In this document: in pieces, positions 11,827 to 21,950 of the stretch
How positions within the stretch are numbered: position 1 is the stretch's first letter
Layout of the letters: each line of letters opens with the position of its first letter
Assembly: GCA_964016885.1 (NCBI GenBank)
Contig: OZ024744.1
Span: 97,960,001 to 98,024,000 of the forward strand
DNA length: 64,000 nt
Direction of reading: 5' to 3'
From: Eledone cirrhosa
Lineage: Eukaryota
Translations under genes and position numbers: made by a program
The notes under the pieces: generated by a model
The model's database searches: none
What the model was told of the DNA's origin: nothing
The model's input: only the letters and a program-made list of their open reading frames with translations

Positions 11827-12076
11827 TTAAAAAAAATATTGACTTTTCAACAAGAAAAAACTTTTTTTTTGTTTAACTATTTCGCCTAAAGGCGTAGAAT
11901 ATTTTGAGAGACTGACCAGATCAAAGTTTGACCTGGCAGTCCCTCTACAAAATGGTACAAAAATTAAGGTTATCAGACAAGAATTTCTATAGAAATTTAA
12001 ACAGAACTTACTCAGCAAGTTATACGCGTGTGTCCATCCCAGAGATAATAGATAGATAGATAGATAGATAGATAGT

Positions 12077-12155
<79 letters not shown>

Positions 12156-12418
12156 GTTTCTTTTATTTGCCACTAGGGCATCAAAAGTGGGACAAGTACA
12201 AAGGGGGGAGTTTACACAAAAAGGCGTCCTCAATAAGGAGGAGGCAATAACAAAATATAAAAATAAAATAAGATATAACAAAAAATAAAATTTTTAACAA
12301 AATCCTCAATAGAGAGGAGGCGCCTTGGGGGGTCGCACACACCCCCGAAAAAAGTGTGCAACCCTTTTCCTCAGGAGCACAGAGAGGGGGTGCTCCCTCG
12401 TTCCTTCCTCTTTTCCAC

Positions 12419-15400
12419 CTACAGGCTTATGTAAAGAGAAGGCCCATTCACACGGGCCATTCTCGCCACTTTCACCCACCTTTCATAAAAACGACTGGGG
12501 TGCAGCACCTCTCTCTCCATCCTGATCCTTCTTCCGAAATGATATCGGAAGAAACGGACCAGTTGTTGGCCAGAGAGAAAGGTGCCTGACCTCAGTCCTT
12601 TCAGACGCGTCCACCATACAACCTCTTTCGCCATGGCTATTACGCACAGAAACACCGCCTCTGCTTCATCTTTGAAGGGGGGAGGCGGCTTGATCATTAC
12701 AATAGACTCGGTGGTCAACCGGATCGGTCCCACCCTTGACAGCAGTTGTTCGACATAGCCCCACAGATCGGCTACGCCCGAGCAGTGTACCAATGCGTGT
12801 GCAACGGTTTCCTCGTCGCACACGCATCTGGGACAGATCTTTTTGGCGGGGTCCCTACCCGGGCGCCCGTGTCTGTAGAGCCTTTCTCGAACGGGTAAAG
12901 CCCCTCGGTAGCACTGCCAGGCCAGGGACTTCTGGAAGTTGTCCATAGGTCCCGGGCTGAATGTCCTACCGAACAGGCTGGCCAGTTCGTCCTCCTCCAT
13001 GTCTAGGGCTTCTCCGAGGGCGTCGTCGCACCTGCTGCGTACCAGCCCTCTATAGAATGTTGCGGTGGAGTCTCCACTGATAACCGGATCCGCCTGCCAG
13101 AGGGCGGTGAGCGCCTGGGCACACTCAGTGTGCCAGGCGCCCAGTTTTCTCGGTCTTTGCTTGACCCAGGATTGCAGCTCGGTGAGTGAGACGAGTCTGG
13201 GAAAGGTTCGTCTCACAAACGAGGCCCACACCGGTTGTCCGGTGAGGAATACGTAGAGGTGCCGTAGCCTTAATGCGTGTTTACGCATCATTAGCCACGG
13301 CATCCCCAGCCCTCCTTTCGAAGGGTGTTGACAGCAGATGGATCTCCTCACCATAGGAGCCCGCCTCTTCCAAAGGAATTGGAAGAGCGCGCGCTCCATC
13401 TTGGTGAGGGTTTCCCTTGGGCAGGGCACTACGGTCAGGCGGTAGTAGATGACGGACGCTATATAAGTGTTCGCCACCTCCGCCCGACCTTTCAGGGATA
13501 GTTTGCAATTGGCCCACTTCTGGGTCAGTGCAAACACCCTGTTCGTAACCTCCGCCCAGTTTTTCTCCACCTGGAGGTCCGGTCCGAACCAGACCCCGAG
13601 CAACTTCACCGGGCCCTCCGTCCAGCGTCCGACGACGCCATCAGAGGGCATCGGTCTGCCCCTCCACGTGCCGAGTTGCAAACCGATTGACTTGTCCCGG
13701 TTCAGCTTAGCCCCTGTGAACTTTTCGTACTCCTCCAGTAAGGTGCCGACCGCCTCGATTTCGGAGGCCGTCGACACCATTACTGTCACATCATCGGCGT
13801 AGGCTGACACCGCTTTCCGCAATCCCGGTTCCAAAGGGATGCCCTGCAACAACTCCAACTTCCGCAGTAGTGGCTCGAGAGTCAACACATACAGAAGGGA
13901 GGAGAGAGGGCACCCTTGTCGGATGGACCGCGCGATTTTGAACGGCTCCGAGAGGTAGCCGTTCACCTTGACCCTAGAGCAGATGCGGCTGCTGTGCATA
14001 GCAGTGATCCAGCCCCTGAAAACGGGTCCGAAGCCTGCCGCCGCTAGCACCGCATCCAGGTAACCATGGTCGACCCTATCGAACGCCTTTGATTGATCCA
14101 AGTTGATCAGAGCCCCACCAAAGCCGGGTTCGTTCCCAACCCTCTCTATGATGTATCGCATGAGGTGGAGGTTGTCATGGATGGACCTGGACGGGATAGC
14201 GCATGTCTGCGCATCTCCCACCAGGTTGCCCACGACAAGCGCCAACCTCTTTGCTAGCACCTTGGCCAAAATCTGTAACTCTGTATTTAGCAGAGTTATG
14301 GGCCTGAAGTTACTTATTTCGTCCCCCTTGTTCTCGTCCTTCCTCACTAGCGTGACTACGCCCTTGGTCACAGTACAGGGAATTCTCCCGTTCTGTTGCC
14401 AGTTGCAGTAGACCGCCTCGAGGAGATCGGGGAACAAGTCCGGCATAGCTAGATATAATTCGTAAGGAAGACCATCGAGACCCGGGGATTTGCGTTTGCC
14501 GCATTGGCCCAGCACGTCCTCTATCTCAGCGGCCGAAATCGGCTCCTCGCAAGACTTCGCCTCCCTGTCCGAGAGGCGCGGCAGGCCGTCGAGGTATGGA
14601 CCGAAGTCCACGTTTCCAACCGGCTCCCCGCCCCTCCCGAACAGTCGGGCAAAGTGCCTTTGAAAGGCCTCACACATCTGCTTAGGCTCAAGAATCGCCC
14701 GTCCATCCAGGTCTCGCAAAGACCGGATGGTGGATTTAGTTCCACTGTTGGCCTCTGTCACGCGGGCCCAGCTAACAGCTTTGGCCCCCTCGTTCCCTAG
14801 AGCACGTATTTTACTTCGGACAACGCAGCCTTCGTGCTTCGCGTCGAAAAACTGGCTCAAAGCCGTTCTCGACGCTAGCACTCTGGCCACGTCGCCGCTT
14901 CTAATTGCCTCTTCTACTCTATCTATTAGCTCCCTTTCCTTCCTATTCCTATCCGCAGCTAGAACCTTACTAAATTCAATCGAGACTACTCTAATCTCTC
15001 TCTTTAGAGATACCCACCACCTGCTGTTGACGATCGCTCCAGTCAACCGTTCCTTAACTAACGTACTAATCCGATTCCTGTAGGCTCTACTTGCCGGCAA
15101 GGACAAGTTGAGCTTCCAGTAACCGGGGCCCTGTCTATGCGTTCTATCAAGGTTGACCATGCAGGTCACCAACTTGTGGTCTGAATAGCCAACCATGAGC
15201 ATTTCTGGACAACTTAAAAAGTCCCTGTCCTTATTTCTAACTAAAAATCTATCTAGGTACGATCTAGATGATCCGCTGCGATTTGACCAAGACCAGGTTG
15301 GCACCGTCGGAAAATCTAGTCGAAATCTATCGGCCAGGTCAAATCGGCCGAGTAACCCCTTGAGGCTGTTGCACCCCTCTCTATCGGGACATGCCCCTGC

Positions 15401-15856
15401 ATAGTCCCAACGTGCATCCAGGATACCATTCCAATCCCCCACTAAAAGCAGGGAACGGGACGTCCCTAGAAAAGACTCCAGACGCTGGAAAAAGTCGGGC
15501 CGCTCTGTCCCAAAAGGGGCATATGCGGCTATCAGCCTAAAGGCTCTACCTTCACCACTGCCAAGGTCCAGCACCACCAGTCGACCCCCTGGGTCCACGT
15601 GAACTATCTGTGTTGCAAGGCCCATATGTTTTTGCAGCAGAACGACAACCCCACCCCCACCTCCGGGCTGACAGAGAGATGCGTGCATCTCAAAGTCGTC
15701 AAAGGTGGGGGCTAGCTGTCGCATGCTGCTGATCCGGGCCTCGCAGATAACCATCACATTTATAGATTGTGACCTGAGGTCATTTAGAAGCATTGCTTGC
15801 TTCCAAGACGAGCCCAGGCCACGCGCATTTAGACACCCTACTCTTAGCACAGCCAT
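12419..15856 (-). CDS. Tx1 ORF2, intact APE endonuclease-reverse transcriptase (about 1145 aa from ATG)
   Basis: Uninterrupted ORF with APE motifs, YADD RT motif and C-terminal CPRC..H..C. Confidence 0.95.
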   Translation of the reverse strand: MAVLRVGCLNARGLGSSWKQAMLLNDLRSQSINVMVICEARISSMRQLAPTFDDFEMHASLCQPGGGGGVVVLLQKHMGLATQIVHVDPGGRLVVLDLGSGEGRAFRLIAAYAPFGTERPDFFQRLESFLGTSRSLLLVGDWNGILDARWDYAGACPDREGCNSLKGLLGRFDLADRFRLDFPTVPTWSWSNRSGSSRSYLDRFLVRNKDRDFLSCPEMLMVGYSDHKLVTCMVNLDRTHRQGPGYWKLNLSLPASRAYRNRISTLVKERLTGAIVNSRWWVSLKREIRVVSIEFSKVLAADRNRKERELIDRVEEAIRSGDVARVLASRTALSQFFDAKHEGCVVRSKIRALGNEGAKAVSWARVTEANSGTKSTIRSLRDLDGRAILEPKQMCEAFQRHFARLFGRGGEPVGNVDFGPYLDGLPRLSDREAKSCEEPISAAEIEDVLGQCGKRKSPGLDGLPYELYLAMPDLFPDLLEAVYCNWQQNGRIPCTVTKGVVTLVRKDENKGDEISNFRPITLLNTELQILAKVLAKRLALVVGNLVGDAQTCAIPSRSIHDNLHLMRYIIERVGNEPGFGGALINLDQSKAFDRVDHGYLDAVLAAAGFGPVFRGWITAMHSSRICSRVKVNGYLSEPFKIARSIRQGCPLSSLLYVLTLEPLLRKLELLQGIPLEPGLRKAVSAYADDVTVMVSTASEIEAVGTLLEEYEKFTGAKLNRDKSIGLQLGTWRGRPMPSDGVVGRWTEGPVKLLGVWFGPDLQVEKNWAEVTNRVFALTQKWANCKLSLKGRAEVANTYIASVIYYRLTVVPCPRETLTKMERALFQFLWKRRAPMVRRSICCQHPSKGGLGMPWLMMRKHALRLRHLYVFLTGQPVWASFVRRTFPRLVSLTELQSWVKQRPRKLGAWHTECAQALTALWQADPVISGDSTATFYRGLVRSRCDDALGEALDMEEDELASLFGRTFSPGPMDNFQKSLAWQCYRGALPVRERLYRHGRPGRDPAKKICPRCVCDEETVAHALVHCSGVADLWGYVEQLLSRVGPIRLTTESIVMIKPPPPFKDEAEAVFLCVIAMAKEVVWWTRLKGLRSGTFLSGQQLVRFFRYHFGRRIRMEREVLHPSRFYERWVKVARMARVNGPSLYISL

Positions 15857-15880
15857 GTTGGTGGTAAAGAGAAAAGGCAC

Positions 15881-17523
15881 TTACCTCTCTGCGTCCCGGG
15901 AAACGGGCCGCTCAATTTCCATGCTGGTTGGGGATGGGTTGTTGGGTGGGGTTGTGGTTTGTGGAAGTGAAGGGGCATCGGTGTGTTGTGGGGTTGGGGT
16001 GTTTGTCGTTGAGTGGGTGTCTGGGTGAGGTGGGGGGGTGAAATTTTTTAGGAGGACGCGGTTGATTGGTTTGGCGCAGGGGGGGCCCACGTCCTCCGTG
16101 AAATTTATTTTCAGTGTTTTGTACAAGTGCATTGGGACTTTTATCATTTTCAAATGAGGTAGTCCCACAGCAGTTATAAAGTTTGGCCCTTCGGTTTGGA
16201 CCGAAGGGTTTGCTGAAATTGTTTTCCGTAATTCTTTGTTGTCTGTGTTCATGTATGTGTATTGTAATGTCTTTTTTTGTGTAGCAGTTAGTGTTGTGTG
16301 ACAGGGAGGGGTGGTTTGTGTGTAGTTTGTGTTCTCTTGGGGGGGATTAAAGTTAACATGTGTGTCTGTGGTGCGTCTCCTCTTCTTTCTTTTTACTTGT
16401 TGGAAGGGATCTTTTTCGTCTTGCGACGAAAGAGGTTCGTCTTCCTTGTTGGGTGGGAGGGGTATGTTTTCTGGTAGTGTTTGCGGTGTGCGTGTTTTTG
16501 TATTTGTTTTGGGTGGGGAGGGATTGGGTGGGACAGTATTCTGTGTTATTTTTTCACGTGTTTGTTGTTGTTGTTGTTGTGGTGGTGGTGGTGGGGTTGT
16601 TGGTTTTTGTTGTTGTTGTGGTTGTTTTTGTTGTTGTAGTTGGGGTGGTGTTGGTGTTGGTAGCAGTGTTTTTTTCTGTGTGAGCTGGGGACAGGCAGCC
16701 CTCAGGTGACCTCTATTGCCACAGAGGTAACAGGAGGGACGCCTACCCTCCACAATAATGTTGAGGTGGGTACGGTCATCCAGCATGACGCGCTCAGGGA
16801 TTTGGGCGATGCGTTCTGGCCTTATTTGGGTCAGAACTTCGATGCTCGTTCCACTGAACGCGTCGCCGGATGCCTTCCCTATTGAGATGAGGTTGTCCTC
16901 GTCTAAATTGAGGAAACCGGTTAGTAACCACCAGTAGTTTATGTTTGGGGTGATGGTGGTTATCCATATCCTCTGGGTTTTTTTACCCATGTAGGTAGGG
17001 AAGAAGGTGTAGTGTGTGGACCGAATTGGCGACACAGAGTATTTTTTTGCCGCCAATTCGTCTTTCATCAATATGGATAAACTCCCATAGAGTTTATCCT
17101 TTTGTATGAAAGTGATGTCTCTCATCGCGTCTTTCAAGACTAACTGAGTTTCCGCTTGAGATGGTTGCGCTGGTTTCTTTGTTTTATTTAAAATTGTTCG
17201 GAATACGACAGTTCGTAATTCCGTCTGTCTTTTTAGCTCCGGAGGTGAATGTATAGAAAACGATCCGTTTTCACCAAAAGACACATATTTCTTGGCTTTT
17301 TCCAGCATTTCTTTTGCTTTTGAAATATCTTCCAGCACATAAGCGACTGATAATTTAGCCGTTTGTGCAAAAGATATTTTGTTTTCGTTTTGGATATTAG
17401 TATTGTTTTGTTTCTCGTCGTTTGAGTTGTTTTCATCTTTGTTGTTGTTGTTGTCTTTCTCGTTTCGTGTGTGGATACTTGTGACGTTTGTGTTGTTGTT
17501 GTTTTTGTTGTCTTTATTGTTGC

Positions 17524-17554
<31 letters not shown>

Positions 17555-17731
17555 GTTTTCAAATTCTTGTGTAGTTGTGGCTACATCTAGTGGTCGGTCA
17601 ACAGGTGAAGACAATTCTTCCTCTCTCTGACCTCTGCCTTTGGCATCTGCTGCTGTGACAGTGGCAGGGGGAAGCTGTGAGTATAACTTCCCCTTTCCTT
17701 CTTTGATTGATGGTGAAGATGATTCAGCCAT
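15881..17731 (-). CDS. Tx1 ORF1 nucleic-acid-binding protein
   Basis: CYLCGNRGHLRAAC zinc knuckle. The MAESSSP start aligns with MAEASSP of copy 1. Confidence 0.9.
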
Positions 17732-17954
17732 TTTTCTCAAAATAGGGTTTTTCGAAGTTTTTCGAAAGATAAAATGTTCACAATACTATTTCGCCCAAAG
17801 GCGCAGAATATTTTGAGAGACCGACCAGATCAAAATTTGACCTGGCAGTCCCTCTACAAAATGATACAAAAATGAAAGTTTACAGTTTACAATTTCCGTA
17901 TGAATTTAAACAAAAACTTACCGAGCGAGCTCAGCACATGTGTCCATCGTAGAT

Positions 17955-18004
<50 letters not shown>

Positions 18005-18024
18005 TAGGTATTTTGGGACAGTAT

Positions 18025-18124
<100 letters not shown>

Positions 18125-18642
18125 TATACTCTCTCTCTCTCTCGGTTTAAAATATATAAGGCACGCCACGTGTCATGACAGCGCTCCGACGACACCACCA
18201 AGCTTTGAGGGCCCTTATTCTTCCTTCTCCTCTCTGGTATATTATTTCAAATAAATGGGATGGTAATGGCTGACTCGTAAATAAACAAAAATAACAACAA
18301 CAACTAACTTTAAATAATCTTAATTATCCTTGACAGGGCCCACTAACAATGAACCCTTTCACAATTTCAATGGTATCCCGATAAAATAAAATCTTTTTAC
18401 GATATATAATTTACATTCAATGTTTAGGGAACGCTATAAAGTGTATTGTGTCTGCATTAAATTGATGAGTTAGCGGAATATTGGAATATTAGCGTACATA
18501 CATACATACATACATACATACATACATACATACATACATACATACATACATACATACATACATACATACATACATACATACATGATGATGGCTGCCCCCT
18601 CGTTATCGAGTATGGCCATTGCACGAGGAGAAAGAAAAAAAA

Positions 18643-18674
<32 letters not shown>

Positions 18675-18802
18675 TTTTAAAAAAAGAAATATATTTATAT
18701 ATACACATACACACACACATACACATATACACACACACACACACACACATACACACACATACATTAATAACAATAATAATAATAATAATAATAACAACAA
18801 TA

Positions 18803-18982
18803 ATAATTGTTTCTACTTTAGGCACAAGGCCAGCAATTATCCAGTGCATTACTGGTACTTTATTTTATCGACCCCGTAAGGATGAAAGGCAAAGTCAACC
18901 TCGGCGGGATTTGAACTCAGATCGTAAAGGGACGTAACTATGCTGGGAAGCATGGCGTCCGACCCTCTACCGATACTGCCAA
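18803..18982 (-). mobile_element. tRNA-derived SINE inserted in (AAT)n
   Basis: Matches the SINE consensus. Confidence 0.9.
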
Positions 18983-19087
18983 AACAATAATAATAACGAC
19001 AACAACAATAATATTATACATATACATATATATATACACACACACGCACACACATAAGCATATCTACACACACACACACGATAGCAA

Positions 19088-21374
19088 CTAACAGCGCTGC
19101 GATCGAATGTGGCTTTTAGCCCAGCCAATGATCTAAAATATCTTGCACAGAGTCGGCAACCAAAACATTCACTGGGAATAGTCGGCTGTGGTTGGAGTTC
19201 GTGTACTTTTGCATGTCGCTTGAGCCCTCCTGCTGATTTACATTCTCTACCACATGTTTGGCAGGCATGATGAGTAGCATCTCCAACAGAGGCCTGGTAG
19301 TCAACCACTGGTCTTACTTTATGACTGCGAATATGACTTTCGAGTCCAGCTTTGCTTAGGCAGAGTCTCGCACATACGCTGCATGTCAGCACCATAGGAG
19401 GACCCTCGCCATCTGGAAGTGCAACAGCAATGCCCTTCCTCACATCCCGCTTTACTTTCTCGTATGCGATTCGAGATGCCTCAAAGGCAACTTTTCCCTC
19501 ATATACAGTCTTTCTCCATTTATTACGATCAGCAGCAATATTCTCCCATGTATCAGCAGAGATGTTAGCGTCTTTCAGAGAGGCTTTCAAGGAATCCTTA
19601 TACCTCTTTTTTGGTTTATGTGGCGGTCGTTTTCCTTTAACCAACTCTCCATAAAAGAGTTGTTTTGGTATTCTAGAATCCTTCATCCTGGCAAGGTGAC
19701 CACTCCAACGGAGTCGTTGCTTAAGCACAAGAGCTTCTATACTGTCACACATAGAGCTTTCCAAAATCTCGACATCACTGATGTGGTCCCTCCAGTGAAC
19801 GCCATGGATCCGTCTGAGACACATCTGATGGAAACGCTCCAATTGCTTAAGGTGGTGTCGATATGTGACCCAGGTCTCGCAGGCATAAAGAAGACAAGAG
19901 ATCACACATGCCCTGTACACCTTTACCTTTGTCCTCCTGCATATGTCTCGCCGACCCCAGAGTCGCCTTTCTAGCTTTCCGAAAGCATCACTTGCTTTCC
20001 TAATCCTAAGTGAGATTTCACTGTCAAGGTTGCTGTATCGATTGACAGTGCTTCCCAGGTAGACAAACTGATCAACCACTCCAAGTCGTTTGCCATACAC
20101 ATAGATGTTTGGTTCAGTGTACTGCTTACCAGGGGCAGGTTGGTACATGACGACGGTTTTCTTGAGACTGACAGTCAGACCTAGGGCAGTGCAAGTGTCA
20201 GAAAATGCATTCAAAATGTGCTGCATATCACTCTCTGTGTGCGCTACAAGATCGCAATCATCTGCATACAAGAGGTCTCTTATGATTGATGTAAATACTT
20301 TTGTCTTCGCAGCAAAGCGCCTGATGTTAAATATGTTGCCTGAGGTTCGATATCGGATGTAAACGCCATGCTCGCAATTCCTGAATGCAATACAGAAAAC
20401 CATTGCAAAGTATATGGCAAACAGGGTCGGTGCTGGAATATCCCCCTGTTTCACTCCATTTTTTACTGAGATATGTTCCGACATGTTACCCCCGACATTA
20501 ACCCAAGCCTTCATGTCGTCATGGAAAGACCTAACTAAAGCAAGGAACTTATCAGGGCAACCAAGTTTCTGGAGAACCTTCCATAATGCATCTCTGTTAA
20601 CAGTATCGAAATCTTTTGTCAGATCGACAAAAACCTGATACAGATCCAAGCCCTGTTCCATGCACTTCTCCTGGAGCTGTCTAGCTGAGAAGATCATATC
20701 AGTAGTGCCGCGTACAGCACGAAAACCAGATTGACTTTCAGGAAGAACACAATCTGCAATGTGTGTCAGCAGACGGTCCAGAAGCACCCTACATAAAACT
20801 TTCCCTACGACAGAAAGCAATGATATACCTCTGTAGTTCCCACAATCGTTCCTGTTACCCTTTCCCTTGTACAAGACCACCATTACTGCATCTCTCCAGT
20901 CCTCAGGTACGGATTCATTAGCCCATATCCTGCCAAACAAAGAGTGAAGATGTTGCAGGAGTCTCTCACCACCATATTGTAGGAGCTCAGCATGTATGCC
21001 ATCCATACCTGGAGATCTTCCACTGTTCAGCTTCGAAATAGCCACTGCAACCTCCACAAGCGTCGGAGGTTCTGCGAGAGCTACTTTCACAGGACTTTCT
21101 GGAATGAGATTGAGGAAATCTTCACTGACGACAGACGGCTGATTCAAAAGATCATCAAAGTGCTCTCGCCACCTTCGTAGAATTCCTTATGAGTCACGAA
21201 GAAGTTCTTTGCCATCCTTGCTGCGAAGCGGTGTCACCAGAGAAGAAGACGGTCCATAAACCTCACGCAAGAGACTGTACAACAGCTTTGTGTTATTGGA
21301 ATCAGACGCAGTTTGTATCTCACCAGCCTTCTCACTCCACCACTGATCCTTCATCTGAGAAAGACTCCGCCTAA
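19088..21374 (-). pseudogene. RTE-clade reverse transcriptase with three C-terminal C2H2-like fingers; frameshifts near both ends
   Basis: CGNYRGISLLS, LPESQSGFR, DMIFSARQLQEKC, GVKQG, LYADD, YACETW, RLRWSGH, PKQLFYGEL are typical RTE/BovB-like motifs. Confidence 0.9.
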
Positions 21375-21467
21375 CACATACATACATACATACATACATA
21401 CATACATACATACATACATACATACATACATACATACATACATACATACATACATACATACATACAT

Positions 21468-21927
21468 GGTGGCTGCCAACTCGTTTTCGAGTACGGCCAC
21501 TACTTTATATCCATGTAGGAGAACTCCTACCGATGCGCTGAACGAGTGTGACTTTTTAGTCCAGCCAGTGACTTGAAAACTCTGGTACAAACACTACACT
21601 TGTGACAAATATTGACACATAGTGCTGGGCCCATGATACCATGTGATGACAAGTGCAGAGATATCTGGAGATCTCTCCAGATATAAAAAAATGCCTGTGC
21701 CATGAAGCTTTTATAGTGAGCAAAGGCACTGCACAAAGCCAGTCCCACTCTCTTAACCAAGATGATATTTACCAATAAGAAGAACAAGTCAACATCATTG
21801 GATACCATCAGAGTTGCAGGTGTTATATCAGAGTTTTCCTTCTCCTAGAATTCTGCCTTGACAAAGGCTAAGGGGTCATCTCTCCCGGTGATTTTGGATG
21901 GCCATTGACTCTTAAGAGCTATTTGCC
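21468..21927 (-). mobile_element. Short internally deleted RTE derivative (5'-UTR-like head plus zinc-finger/3' tail)
   Basis: Head contains CTAGGAGAAGGAAAACTCTGA. Tail encodes CSVCTRVFKSLAGLKSHTRSAH*, then a hairpin and (ATGT)n. Confidence 0.65.
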
Positions 21928-21950
21928 CATACATACATACATACATACAT

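Larger units (their letters stand above)
6312..12043 (-). mobile_element. Full-length Tx1-clade non-LTR retrotransposon, copy 1, flanked by (GATA)n
   Basis: 5' UTR, gag-like ORF1, APE-RT ORF2, 3' UTR with AATAAA, then (TATC)n. Collinear with copy 2. Confidence 0.93.
12155..17952 (-). mobile_element. Full-length Tx1-clade non-LTR retrotransposon, copy 2, apparently intact, flanked by (GATA)n
   Basis: Both ORFs are open; UTRs match copy 1; (GATA)n at 12047-12154 and 17955-18004. Confidence 0.95.
18583..21374 (-). mobile_element. 5'-truncated RTE-clade LINE; 3' UTR interrupted by a SINE and microsatellites; (ATGT)n on both sides
   Basis: RT ORF below. The 3' terminal hairpin and GGCAGCCATCAT(GTAT)n lie at 18583-18630. 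Confidence 0.85.

Noticed and set aside
6312-17952. Tandem Tx1 copies as an assembly or segmental duplication, or as LTRs
   Set aside because: The copies differ extensively (ORF1 indels, many synonymous changes) and have non-LTR architecture.
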